Of a DNA stretch of 64,000 bases, positions 1 to 12,777 are shown piece after piece. The stretch comes from Mustelus asterias (lineage: Eukaryota). The notes beneath the pieces were generated by a model. The model saw only the letters and a list, made by a program, of their open reading frames with translations. It searched no databases and had not been told where the DNA came from. Each line of letters opens with the position of its first letter. Positions within the stretch are counted from its first letter, which is position 1. Where the stretch lies: assembly GCF_964213995.1 (NCBI RefSeq), contig NC_135804.1, positions 69,254,001 to 69,318,000 on the forward strand, in the 5' to 3' direction. A program made the position numbers and the translations under genes.

Positions 1-60
1 CTGAAAAGCAGTAATGCTATCAGCAGTGGTCAGGAACAAGACAGATACCAATGCTAGCCT

Positions 61-1270
61 TATGAATTCTTTGAGGAGGTAACAAGGAAGGTATATAAAG
101 GAGAACCAGTGGACATGATTTATTTATATTTCCGGAAGGTGCTGCATAGGAGACTGTTAAAGATGTTAAGAGCCCATGGTGTTAAGGGTAAGATCGTGGC
201 ATGGATAGAGGATTGGCTGACTGGCAGCAGCAAAGAATGGGGATAAAGCGGTCTTTTTCAGGATGGCAGCCGGTGACTAGTGGTGTGCCTCAGGGTTCAG
301 TGCTGGGACCCCAACTTTTCACAATACACATTAACGATTTGGAGGAAGGAACTGAAGGCACCGTTGCTACGTTTTGCAGATGATACAAGATATGTTGAGG
401 GACAGGTAGTATTGAGGAAGCAGGGGGGCTGCAGAAGGACTTGGACAGGTTAGGAGAGTGGGCAAAGAAGTGGCAGATGGAATACAATGTGGAAAAATGT
501 GAGGTTATGCACTTTGGAAGGAGGAATGGAGGCATATACTATTTTCTAAATGGGAAAATGCTTAGGAAATCAGAAACACAAAGGGAATTGGGAGTCATTG
601 TGCAAGATTCTCTTCAGGTTAACGTGCAGGTTCAGTCAGTTAGGAAGGCAAATGCAATGTTAGCATTCATGTATAGAGGGCTAGAATACAAGAGCAGGGA
701 TGTACTTCTGAGCCTGCATAAGGCTCTGGTCAGACCCCATTTGGAGTATTGTGAGCAGTTTTGGGCCCCATATCTAAGGAAGAATGTGCTGGCCTTGGAA
801 AGGGTCCAGAGAATGTTCACAAGAATGATCCCTGGAATGAAGAGCTTGTCATATGAAGAACGGTTGAGGACTCTGGGTCTGTATTCGTTGGAGTTTAGAA
901 GGATGAGGGGGGATCTTATTGAGACCTGGATAGAGTGGACGTGGAGGGATGTTTCCACTAGTCGGAAAAACTAGAACCAGAGGGCACAACCTCAGGTTAA
1001 AGGGACGATCCTTTAAATCCAAGATGCGGAGGAATTTCTTCAGCCAGAGAGTGGTGAATTTGTGGAACTCTTTGCTGCAGAAGGCTGTGGAGGCCAGGTC
1101 ATTGAGTGTCTTTAAGACAGAGATAGATAGGTTCTTGATTAATAAGGGGATCAGGGGTTATGGGGAAAAGGCAAGAGAATCAGGATGAGAAAAATATCAG
1201 CCATGATCGAATGGCGGAGCAGACGCCATGGGCCGAGTGGCCTAATTCTGCTCCTATGTCTTATGGTCTA
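61..1270 (+). mobile_element. CR1-clade LINE (HER1-like), 5'-truncated RT and C-terminal fragment
   Basis: [35 protein letters not shown] and FFSQRVVNLWN motifs; frameshifted; simple-repeat tail. Confidence 0.93.
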
Positions 1271-2120
1271 ATAGGATCATACAATTCCGAGAGATAACGC
1301 AGGTGGTGAGCAGACATGAAGAATTTCTCAGGGTCGGACGAGAGTCACATGGGTTCAATTTGGTGGGAATCATTTCACGTCCAGCGTCTCATATTGCTGG
1401 GCAACAGAAGATAACGTCTGTAAATTAATTACAAATGAAATCCCATTAGGTCATGATGTGTATTGTTATTGGTTAGAGTTAATAACAGGATGACGATTGA
1501 CTGATTTGTATTAATGTTTGCTGGATAATGCCCACTGGAAAGGTAGGCAATATGATATTGGGAATGTATAATTGTCTTCACAGGGGCATTGTTCTTCAGA
1601 CTGATATCTGGCTGCCCGCATTCTATACCTTGAGTGCAGTGTTTCCTCATATCATTATCCCAATCGATCGTTTGGTTAAATAAAGTCACGTCTTCAATAT
1701 CAGTACACTGCATCTTAAGTCTCTGTCTTGAGAGTCTACAGTGGGGTTACGGGAATAGGCTCGAGTGGGATTGTGGTCAGTGCAGTCTCGATGGGACAAA
1801 TGGCCTCCTTCTGTACTGTAGGGTTTCTATGATATAAGTCTGCATGACCCTTTGATAGAACACATTGAGGAATGCACTTCAACCTGTCAGTAGCCGCTGA
1901 TATTCCATAAGGACCCTGCATTGATCCAGTGGTATCAAGAATGAACCAATTGTAGTAGTGAGGAAACAAAACTGTACTAAGTTCCAACCAAACAATATTT
2001 AAATCATAACATTGTTAACATCAAAACAGAAAATGCTGGAAATATTCCCCGCTTAAGGGGCAACAGTGAAGACAGAAATGGAGTAATGAGAAGGGAGAGC
2101 TAAATGGGTCTGTGATAGGG

Positions 2121-2430
2121 TGAAAGGCAGGGTGGCACAATGGTTAGCACGACTGCCTCACAGCGCTAGGGACTTGGGTTCAATTCCTGGCGTGGGTCAC
2201 TATCTGTGGGGAGTCTGCATGTTCTCCCCATGTCTGCGTGATTTTCCCCCGGATGCTCTGGTTTCGTCCTACAGTCCGAAAGACGTCCTGGTTAGGTGCA
2301 TTCACCATGTTAAATTCTCCCTCAGTGTACCTGAGCAGGCACTGGAGTGTGGCGAATAGGGGATTTTCACAGTAGCTTCATTGCAGTGTTAATGTAAGCC
2401 TACTTGTGGCATGAATAAATAAACTTAAAC
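2121..2430 (+). mobile_element. tRNA-derived SINE (HE1/V-SINE type)
   Basis: A-box TGGCACAATGG and B-box GGTTCAATTCC, conserved V-SINE-like core, tail aataaataaacttaaactt. Confidence 0.85.
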
Positions 2431-2771
2431 TTAGTTAAATTATCTCATCAATTGTTGTAAAAACCCATCTGGTTCACTCATGTCCTTTAGGGAAGGAAAT
2501 CTGCTGGCCTTGGTCTGGGCTACATGTAACTATGGACCCACAGCAATGTGACTGACTCTTAAATTTCCTCTGAAATGGCCAAACAAGCTATTCAATTGTA
2601 TGCAATTAATAAAAGAATGCCTAAAATGGAATGAAACCAGACAGACCTCCTGACATCGACTTAGGGCCCCGAAATGACAAAAGCAAACCCAGCCCTGTAA
2701 ACACTGCTCAGTCCTCCTTTACTAACATCTGGGGCTTGTGCAAAAATTGGAAGAGCTGCCCCACAGACTAG

Positions 2772-5448
2772 AACATAGAACAGTACAGCACAGAACAGGC
2801 CCTTCGGCCCATGAAGTTGTGCTGAGCTTTATCTGAAACCAAGATCAAGCTACCCCATTCCCTATCATCCTGGTGTGCTCCATGTGCCTATCCAATAACC
2901 GCTTAAATGTTCCTAAAGTGTCTGACTCCACTATCACTGCAGGCAGTCCATTCCACACCCCATCCACTCTCTGAGTAAAGAACCTACCTCGGACATCCTT
3001 CCTATATCTCCCACCATGAACCCTATAGTAATGCCCCCTTGTAATAGCTCCATCCAGCCGAGGAAATGGTCTTTGAACATTCACTCGATCTATCCCCTTC
3101 ATCATTTTATAAACCTCTATTAAGTCTCCCCTCAACCTCCTCCGCTCCAGAGAACAGCCCTAGCACCCTCAACCTTTCCTCATAAGACCTACCCTCCAAA
3201 CCAGGCAGCATCCTGGTAAATCTCCTCTGCACTCTTTCCAGCGCTTCCACATCCTTCTTCTAGTGAGGTGACCAGAACTGCACACAATGTTCCAAATGTG
3301 GTCTCACCAATGTCCTGTACAGTTGCAGCAGAACCCCATGGCTCTTAAACTCCAACCCCCTGTTAATAAAAGCTAACACACTATAGGCCTTCTTCACAGC
3401 TCTATCCACTTGAGTGGCAACCTTCAGAGATCTGTGGATATGGACCCCAAGATCTCTCTGTTCCTCCACAGTCTCCAGAACCCTACCTTTGACTCGGTAA
3501 TCCACATTTAAATTTGTCCTACCAAAATTAATCACCTCACATTTATCAGGGTTAAACTCCATCTGCCATTTTTCAGCCCAGCTTTGCATCCTATCTTTGT
3601 CTTTTTGCAGTCTACAACAGCCCTCCACCTCATCCACTACTCCACCAATCTTGGTGTCATCAGCAAATTTACTGATCCACCCTTCAGCCCCCTCCTCTAG
3701 GTCATTAATAAAAATCACAAATAGCAGAGGACCAAGCACTGATCCCTGTGGGACTCCGCTAGCAACCTGCCTACAGTCCGAAAATTTTCCATCCACCACC
3801 ACCCTCTATCTTCAATCAGATAGCCAGTTACCTATCCAATCGGCCAACTTTCCCTCTATCCCACACCTCCTTACTTTCATCATCAGCCGACCATGGGGGA
3901 CCTTATCAAACGCTTTACTAAAATCCATGTATATGACATCAACTGCACTACCTTCATCTACATACTTAGTTACCTCCTCAAAAAATTCTATCAAATTTGT
4001 GAGGCACGACTTGCCCTTCATGAATCCGTGCTGACTATCCCGGATTAATCCGCATTTTTCTAAATGGTCGTAAATCCCATCCCTAAGGACCTTTTCCATC
4101 AATTTACTGACCACCGAAGTAAGACTAACCGGCCTATAATTACCAGGGTCATTTCTATTCCCTTTCTTAAACAGAGGAACAACATTTGCCACTCTCCAGT
4201 CCTCTGGCACCATCCCCGTGGACAGTGAGGACCCAAAGATCAAAGCCAAAGGCTCTGCAATCTCATCCCTTGCCTCCCAAAGAATCCTAGGATATATTTC
4301 ATCAGGCTCAGGGGATTTATCGACCTTCAGTTTATTCAAAACCGCGAGTACATCCTCCCTCTGACCATCTACTTCCTCCAGCCTATTAGCCTGTAATACC
4401 TTCTCTTCCTCAAAAACATGGCCCCTTTCCTTGGTGAAAACTGAAGAAAAGTATTCATTCATCACCTCGCCTATCTCTACTGACTCCATACCCAAGTTCC
4501 CACTACTGTCCTTGACCGGCCCTAACCTCACCCTGGTCATTCTTTTATTCCTCACATAAGAGTAAAAAGCCTTGGGGTTTTCCTTGATCCGACCCGCCAA
4601 GGACTTCTCATGTCCCCTCCTAGCTCTCCAAAGGCCCTTTTTCAGCTTATTCCTTGCTAACTTGTAACCCTCAATCGAGCCATCTGAACCTTGTTTCCTC
4701 ATCCCTACATAAGCTTCCCTCTTCCTTTTCACAAGACATTCCACCTCTTTCGTGAACCATGGTTCCCTCAGTTGGCCATTTCCTCCCTGCCTGACAGGGA
4801 CATGCCTATCCAGGACACACAGTATTTGTTCCTCGAAAAAGTTCCACTTTTCATTCGTGCCTTTCCCTGACAATTTCTGTTCCCATCTTATGCCCCCTAA
4901 TTCTTGCCTAATCGCATCATAATTACCTCTCCCCCAATTATAAACCTTGCCCTGCCGTACGGCCCTATCCCTCTCCATTGCAATAACAAAAGACATCGAA
5001 TTGTGGTCACTATCTCCAAAGTGCTCTCCCACAACCAAATCTAACACTTGGCCCAGTTCATTTCCCAGTACCAAATCCAATGTGGCCCCACCTCTTGTCG
5101 GCCTATCCACATATTGTGTCAGGAAATCCTCCTGCACACACTGCACAAAAACTGTCCCACCCAAACTATTCGACCTACAAAGGTTCCAATCAATATTTGG
5201 AAAGTTAAAGTCCCCCATGACAACTACCCTGTGACCCCCACACCCATCCATAATCTGCTTAGCAATTTCTTCCTCCACATCGCTATTACTATTTGGGGGC
5301 CTGTAGTAAACTCCTAACAACGTGACCGCTCCTTTCCCATTTCTAACTTCAGCCCATATTACCTCAGTATGCAGATCCCCCTCGAAGTGTCCTTCCGCAG
5401 CCGTTAAACTATCCTTGATTAACAATGCTACTCCTCCACCTCTTTTAC
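2772..5448 (-). mobile_element. Young CR1 LINE, ORF2 (APE C-terminal part + RT), 5'-truncated
   Basis: 537-aa and 180-aa ORFs with GVYYRPP, MGDFNFP, NYRPVSLTS, DFSKAFDKVPH and KFADDTK; flanked by duplicated CAGACTAG (2764-2771 and 5449-5456). Confidence 0.96.
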
Positions 5449-6122
5449 CAGACTAGTTAAACAACACTTTGATGGTGATAAACACATCTTTCCCTTACTT
5501 CCCCTGTCAGCATTTTGCAGGCACCATTCCCTCCGGGATATCCTGGTGCACACCTCCATCACACCCAACACCTCACCCTCTGCCCATGGTACCTTCCCAA
5601 GCAATTGCAGAAAGTGCAACAACTGCCCCTTTGGTCTATTGCATTTGCTGTCCCAATGCCGTCTACTCTGCATCAGAGAGACCAAACACAGACTGGGTCA
5701 ACTGCTTTGGTCCGTCCACAAGCAGGACCCAGACTTTCCTGTAACTTGCCAATTTAATGCACCATTTTGCTCTCATGTCCATCCGTGGCCTGTTGCAATG
5801 TTCCAGTGAAGTCCATTACAAACTGGGGGAAACAGCATCTCATCTTCCAATTAGGTACTTTACAGCCTTCTAGACTTAACATTGAGTTCAACAACTTCAG
5901 AACATGAACTCTCTACCCCAGCTTCACCTCATTCCCAATTATTTCTTTATTTGATTTCTTTTTTCAAAATTTAAAAAAAAAATTCAATTCTTTCATGGAC
6001 TCATTTTCCAATTTCCTCCTTTTTATCTGGTTTTCTATCTTCTCTCCCTTACCACACTCAATTAGGGCCATATGTTACATACCTCAGTTATCCCCATTGA
6101 CACTCTGCTTACCTTTGTTCCG

Positions 6123-7928
6123 ATGTGGAGATGCCGGCGTTGGAGACGGCTACGTCGAGGGCATCCTGAAACCCATTGTACAAAGAACCCCCAGCTTTTG
6201 TCGCGACACTACGGACTTCCTACAGAAACTCAGCACACATGGAGCAGTTGAACCAGGAGCACTCCTCGTCACAATGGATGTCTCGGCACTCTACATCAGC
6301 ATCCCCCACGACGATGGCATTGCTGCAACTGCCTCAGTACTCAATGCCGACAACTGCCAGTTTCCAGATGCAATTTTACAACTCATCCGCTTCATCCTGA
6401 ACCACAATACCTTCAGCTTCAACAACCAGTTCTTCATCCAGACACATGGAACAGCCATAGGGACCAAATTCGCACCTCAATATGCCAACATCTTCAAGCA
6501 CAGGTTCGAACAAGACCTCTTCACCACACAGGACCTTCAACCAATGCTATACACTAGATACATCGATGACATTTTCTTCCTTTGGACTCATGGTGAACAA
6601 TCACTGAAACAACTATATGACGACATCAACATGTTCCATCCCACCATCAGACTCACCATGGACTACTCTCCGGAATCGGTTGCATTCTTGGACACACGCA
6701 TCTCCATCAAGGATGGTCACCTCAGCACTTCATTGTACTGCAAGCCCATGGATAACCTCACAATTCTCCATTTCTCCAACTTCCACCCTAAACACGTTAA
6801 AGAAACCATCCGTATACACAGGATCTGCTCAGATGAGGAGGATCGCAACAGACACCTCCAGATGCTGAAAGTTGCCCTCATAAGAACAGGATATGGCGCT
6901 CGACTCATCGATCGACAGTTCCGACGCGCCACAGCGAAAAACCGCACCGACCTCCTCAGAAGACAAACACGGGACACGGCGGACAGAGTACCCTTCGTCG
7001 TCCAGTACTTCCCCGGAGGAGAGAAGCCAAGACATCTTCTCCGGCGCCTTCAACATGTCATTGATGAAGACGAACATCTCGCCAAGGCCATCCCCACACC
7101 TCCACTTCTTGCCTTCAAACAACCGCACAACCTCAAACAGACCATTGTCCGCAGCAAACTACCCAGCCTTCAGGAGAACAGTGACCACAGCACCACACAA
7201 CCCTGCCACAGTAACCTCTGCAAGACGTGCCGGATCATTGACACGGATGCCACCATCTCACGTCAGAACATCATCCACCAGGTACACGGCACATACATTT
7301 GCAACTTGGCCAACATTGTCTACCTGATACGCTGCAGGAAAGGATGTCCCGAGGCATGGTACATTGGGGAGACCATGCAGATGCTACGACAACGGATGAA
7401 TGAACACCGCTCGACAATCACCAGGCATGAGTGTTCTCTTCCTGTTGGGGAACACTTCAGCGGTCATGGGCATTCGGCCTCTGATCTTCGGGTAAGCGTT
7501 CTCCAAGGCCGCCTTCACGACACACGACAACGCAGAGTCGCTGAGCAGAGACTGATAGCCAAGTTCCGCACACATGAGGACAGCCTCAACCGGGATCTTG
7601 GTTCATGTCACACGATCTGTAACCCCCACGACTTGCCTGGGCTTGCGAAATCTCACTAACTGTCCTGTCTGGAGACAATACACATCTCTTTAATCTGTGC
7701 TGAAGGCTCTCTCCACTCACATTGTCTGTACCTTTAAGAATTGATTACCTGTAAAGACTCGCATTCCAACCATTATTTTGTAAATTGAGTTTGTGTTTTT
7801 ATATGCCCTGTTTGTGAACAGAACTCCGTCTTACCTGACGAAGGAGCAGCGCTCCGAAGGCTAGTGGCTTTTGCTACCAAATAAACCTGTTGGACTTTAA
7901 CCTGGTGTTGTGAGACTACTTACTGTGT
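6123..7928 (+). mobile_element. Penelope-like retroelement, RT + GIY-YIG endonuclease, 5'-truncated
   Basis: MDVSALY, GTAIG, RYIDDIF, FLD and VYLIRC..C...YIGET motifs; 14-bp TSD TTACCTTTGTTCCG (6109-6122 and 7929-7942). Confidence 0.95.
7830..7867 (+). ncRNA. Minimal type I hammerhead ribozyme motif in Penelope 3' repeat (core variant GAAG)
   Basis: CTGACGA-a-GGAGC agc GCTCC-GAAG-gc-TA; the conserved GAAA is mutated. Confidence 0.6.
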
Positions 7929-8517
7929 TTACCTTTGTTCCGGCATTTACACATTCTGATCTCTTAATGGACTGCTATCAGCACCATTCTCAGAATTTAC
8001 TACCACCATTTGCATTCTCTTTGTCTTTTTATCTATGACATCTTTGTCAATCTGTCCTGTTTCCACCAACCACTGGCTCTCTATCCAGGTCCCACAACTC
8101 ACTCTTCCCTCCCACCCCCTCACCACAACTGTGTAAATCTCATCCTATTTTCAATTGTCTTCAGCTCAGACAAAGAGTCATCCAGACTTGCAACGTTAGC
8201 TCTGTTCTCTCGTCAAATATGCTTTCAGACCTGCTGAGAGTTCCCAGCAATTTCTGTTTCAGATTTCAGCAACCACATTAATTTGATTTTATTTCATTAT
8301 AGTCAATCAACAGCCTGACACAGTCATACTCAGAATCATACCTTACAGATAATGCCACAGACACCACCATTACCATGTCTGGGTATGTACTGTCCCACTG
8401 GCAAGACAGATCTAGCAGAGATGGCGGCACAATGGTACACGGTCAGAAGGGAGTTGCATTGGGAATCCTCAACATTGACTCTGGACCCCATGAAGTCTCA
8501 TGACTCCAGGTCAAACA

Positions 8518-9291
8518 TGTGTTATGAAGCAGAGGTTGATTGCCCCTCTGGGAACTAACACCGAAACACCTTGCCTCATGATCTGTAAAAAGTGTGTGTG
8601 AAGTGGTGTGACCTGCCTTTTAGCAACTTCTAGTGGTTAAATAAATCCCTGAGACTCACTCTAAAATTAACACATAACAATGTATTTATGTAACTAACAG
8701 TGAACAACTTTACTGAACCATTAACAAACTGAATAAAATAAGATTCTAATGGTATGCTGTTTCAATAAATACAATTCCCACTCATTAACAAAAAATAGAA
8801 TTTAGTTACTCTCTAAATTGTAACCAGGTTTTGTGTCTTCTGAAATATTCTGGGCCCTCTCTGTTGATTTTTCTGCCAGGAACTTCTTCCTTTTTTCTTC
8901 TTTCCTCTTTGGTATTTTTGCTATCTAGATGGTGCTTTGAGCTAAGAGCTGTGAGCTGTGGCAGTTGCTCTCTTCTCTTTGTTCCACTGCCCTCTTCTTT
9001 TATACCTGTGATGACAATCAATATTTCCCAAATAGGATTGACCCTAGGTTGTCAAAAACATCAGATTTAAATTTAATAGGTTCTTGGTATCTAAGTGCCT
9101 AATTCAAACTGATTGGCTAAATTCAGAAGCCTGTTATTTTTTTAAAAACTGCTGCCTGACTTTTCAATACAAATGTTTCAGTTTGGGGCTCTCTAAGTAC
9201 TTGAATTTTTAAAAACTCTCTAAACACAGAAAAAAAACACCTTTTTAAGGGACCATGAAATGTTTTCTCCCTCGCATTTTACAATTTTACA
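8518..9291 (-). mobile_element. Probable solo LTR
   Basis: Non-coding block interrupting the old LINE, TG...CA ends, possible AACA 4-bp TSD, minus-strand TATAAAA near 9004-8998. Confidence 0.45.
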
Positions 9292-10697
9292 AACACCAAT
9301 CTACAATTACTCTACTCAACTATCCCTCCTCAGCTGATGAATTAGTACTCCTCCATGTTGAACATCACTTGGAGGAAGCACTGAGAATGGCAAGGGAGCA
9401 GAATGTATTCTGGCTGGGGGAACCTCAATGTCCACCACCAAGAGTGGCTCAGTGGTACTACCACAGACCGAGCTGGCCAGGTCCTAAATGATATAGCTAC
9501 TAGGCTGGAATTGCGGCAGGTGGTGAGGGAATCAACAAGTGAGAAAAACATACTTAACCTTGTCTTCACCAATCTGCCTGTCACAGGAGCATCTGTCCTT
9601 GATATATTGGTGGGACTGACCGCCGCACAGTCCTTGTGGAGATAAAGTCCTGATTTCACGTTGAGGATGCATTCCCATCATGTTGCATGGCATTACCGCT
9701 GTGTTAAATGGCATTGATTTCAAATAGATATATTAACTCAAGACTGGGCATCCATGAGGTGCTGTAGGGCAGCAGCAGATTTGTACTCAACCACAATCTG
9801 TAACCTTATAACCCAGCATATACCCCATTCTAGCAGTACCACCAAGCCAGGGGATCAACCCTGGTTCAATTAAGAGTGCAGGAGGGAATGCCAGGAGCAG
9901 CACCAGGCACATCAAGAAATGAAGTCCCAATCTGGTGAAGCAACAACACAGGATTATTTGCATACCAAACAGCATAAGCTGCAAGTTACTCCACAGCTAA
10001 GGGATCAGATCTAAGCATTGCACTCCTGTAACATCCAGCTGTGAATAGTGGTGGATAATTAAAGGACTCACTTGAGGAGGAAGCTCCAAAAACATCCTCA
10101 TCATCACTGATGGAGGAGCTGGTAACATCAGTCCAGAAGGTAAGACGGAAGCATTTGCAATAACTTCAGCCAGAAGTGCTGAATGGATGATCCATTTCGT
10201 CCTCCTCCAAAGGTCCTGAGCATCACAGACATTGATCTTCAGCCAATTTAGTTCACTCCACGGGTTATCAAGAAACGGCTTGTTATCCAACTGGAATACT
10301 TAAACCTTTTCCCCCAGATATTTTCCCCTTATGTGACCAACAAGACAGAGTTGACTCAGATTTCACTTCAACAAAACTCTCTTTATTTAATGTTTCAAGT
10401 ACCAATACACAACATAAATCTACATTAGTTGCAACACTTACTTTGACTTACTCAACTTAATTAGAACAAAGAAAATTACAGCACAGGAACAGGCCCTTCG
10501 GCCCTCCAAGCCTGCACAGACAATGCTGCCCATCATTTAACTAAAGCCCCCTACCCTTCCAGGGACCATATCCCTCTATCCCCATCCTATGCATGTATTT
10601 GTCAAGATGCCCCTTAAGTCACTATCGTATCTGCTTCCACTACCTCCCCCAGCAGCAAGTTCCAGGCACCCACCACCCTCTGTTTAAAAAAACTTGC

Positions 10698-10960
10698 AGT
10701 AAGAAGTTTAACAACACCAGGTTAAAGTCTTTTGCTTTTGCTACCAAATAAACCTGTTGGACTTTAACCTGGTGTTGTTAAACTTCTTACTGTGTTTACC
10801 CCAGTCCAACGCCGGCATCTCCACATCATAAAAAAACTTGCCTCATACATCTCCTTTAAACCAGGTTAAAGTCTTTTGCTTTTGCTACCAAATAAACCTG
10901 TTGGACTTTAACCTGGTGTTGTTAAACTTCTTACTGTGTTTACCCCAGTCCAACGCCGGC
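10698..10960 (+). mobile_element. Penelope terminal-repeat-only insertion with inverted 5' piece, locally duplicated
   Basis: Matches the 3' repeats at 7868-7930 and 17950-18008; 13-bp TSD TAAAAAAACTTGC (10685-10697 and 10829-10841). Confidence 0.8.
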
Positions 10961-11295
10961 ACGGTAGCACAGTGGTTAGCACTGCTGCTTCACAGCTCCA
11001 GGGTCCTGGGTTCGATTCCCGGCTCGGGTCACTGTCTGTGTGGAGTTTGCACATTCTCCTCGTGTCTGCGTGGGTTTCCTCCGGGTGCTCCGGTTTCCTC
11101 CCACAGTCCAAAGATGTGCGGGTTAGGTTGATTGGCCAGGTTAAAAATTGCCCCTTAGAGTCCTGAGATGCGTAGGTTAGAGGGATTAGTGGGTAAAAAT
11201 ATGTGGGGGTAGGGCCTGGGTGGGATTGTGGTCGGTGCAGACTCGATGGGCCAAATGGCCTCCTTCTGCACTGTAGGGTTTCTATGATTCTATGA
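10957..11295 (+). mobile_element. HE1/V-SINE-type SINE, full length, young
   Basis: GGCACGGTAGCACAGTGGTTAGC head, B-box GGTTCGATTCCC, CR1-like tail ending in TTCTATGA repeats. Confidence 0.92.
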
Positions 11296-12084
11296 TCTCC
11301 ACATCATAAAAAAACTTGCCTCATACATCTCCTTTAAACCTTGCCCCTCGCACCTTAAACCTATGCCCCTAGTAATTGACTCTTCCACCCTGTGAAAAAG
11401 TTTCAGGCTATCCATTCATTTAACTTCAACCTTAACTCAACTCATTTAACTTTAACTCTAATTTAACTCATTTAACTGTAACTCCAGTTTTTGACTAAAA
11501 ACAAATACTACCCGCTTGAGTGAACTGGCCTTGGGTATGATCTTCGTCGTAGTTCATTGTTTTTCTCTGAAGCTATCTTCAGAGCATATATCGTTAATGT
11601 AATTCTCAAGTTCCCATTGAGGAAAAAGTTCAATGTTCCTCTTTCTATCCTGAACTATACACATCCTTCTAGAAAGTTTTCTGGTAATCAACCAATGATA
11701 CCACCGGAAACTGATCACAATGTTCGATTATAGTCAATGGAGTAACTGGTAAACAACTCCCAAACAAGTTGCATGTAAGCCACAAAGCCTCACCATGTAC
11801 AGAATAAGGCAGTAATCATCGGCCCCAGTTTGTATGGCACCTGTCCAAACAACCATCCTTGTTTGGTCAACACACAAAGTGTCAAGTCACATTTCACAGG
11901 ACAGATCATGACTTGCTTGAGCCTTCTCTGACCTAACTCAACTTGACCAAAATTCCCAGTCTGCTAGTGGCTCTTAATATTCTCACTACTGTTACACTGC
12001 CATTGGTATTTGGATCCTGCAAATATTATGGACCCTGACGATGGGCTATTGCGGAGGTGATGGCATAGTGCTATTGCCACTGTA

Positions 12085-12390
12085 ATTATAGAAATCATAA
12101 AATCCTACAGTGCAAAAGGAGGCCATTCGGCCCATCAAGTCTGCACAGACCTCAATCCCACCCTGAGCCTAGTTAGTTCCCCTGACACTAAGGGGCAATT
12201 TAGCTTGGCCAATCCACCTAACTTGCACATCTTTGGACTGTGAGAGGAAACCGAAGCACCTGGACGAAACCCACGCAGACACGGCAATAATGTGCAAACT
12301 CCACACAGACAGTAACCCAAGCCAGGAATTGAACTTGAGTCACTGGCGCTGTGAGGCAGCAGTGTTAGCCACTGTGTCACCCTGCCACCC
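12085..12390 (-). mobile_element. HE1/V-SINE-type SINE
   Basis: Reverse complement of the same head, core and tail. Confidence 0.88.
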
Positions 12391-12777
12391 TGTACTCGTA
12401 ATCCAGAGATTCATGTGTTAAGGGAATTTTCTGGGAGCTTCCCTTTGGGGTCCTGCATTCAGCTGGATTCAGCTCATACAAAACTTGCGACCGACAGTAT
12501 GTAGTCAAAGAAGTTCTTGATTTGACCAATACGCATTGGGAGAGAGATGTCAGATGGATTTCAACTTCTCCCTAAAATTATATCATATGAACGCATCTAC
12601 TATACTATATTTGAAGAGTCGAATTCCCCACCCAATCTGTCATTCAGAATGGATGGTCCAATTACATTAATACACATTACTTACCTTGGCCAATAGCATC
12701 CTACCCCCGGCATACTGTGGAATACATTGGCTATTTGGACCTGAAAGACTTTCCTTCATTACTTGGCAACCTGCTTG

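Larger units (their letters stand above)
5467..8299 (+). mobile_element. Older Penelope-like element (GIY-YIG remnant), interrupted by a younger Penelope
   Basis: C..C..C and CSQC..L.I.ETKHRLG remnant at 5546-5809; degenerate hammerhead-like segment near 8163-8205; degenerate 13-bp flanking duplication TAGT(T/C)AA(A/T)CAACA. Confidence 0.65.
10463..11415 (-). mobile_element. CR1 3'-end fragment, interrupted
   Basis: Reverse-complement tail agaacaaagaa...acagcacaggaacaggcccttcggcc plus the C-terminal ORF2 end; resumes at about 11308. Confidence 0.8.
10281..12000. mobile_element. Probable LTR-like insertion containing a nested CR1 tail, Penelope ends and a SINE
   Basis: Interrupts the old LINE between ...AAGAAACGGCT and ...GGATCCTGCAAA; starts TGTTA; ends and TSD unresolved. 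Confidence 0.35.
2440..12040 (+). mobile_element. Old non-CR1 LINE (APE endonuclease region) split into pieces at 2440-2771, 5449-5466, 8300-8517, 9295-10280 and about 12005-12040 by nested insertions
   Basis: The pieces join into an APE-like reading (ELPHRLV..QQPD.VIL; LLHVEHHLEEALR; GNLNVHHQEWL; LNLVFTNLP). Clade not determinable by eye. Confidence 0.65.

Noticed and set aside
5995-6122. Hydrophobic signal-peptide-like N-terminus on the 554-aa Penelope ORF
   Set aside because: It lies outside the TSD-defined insertion and is chance read-in from T-rich flank.
10697-10960. Repeated about 35-bp units resembling a CRISPR-like array
   Set aside because: They are Penelope terminal repeat copies (inverted plus duplicated) with no unique regular spacers, in a eukaryotic context.
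10957-11030. tRNA-like A/B-box sequences here and at other SINE heads
   Set aside because: They are SINE 5' heads continuing into a SINE core and LINE-derived tail; no complete cloverleaf.
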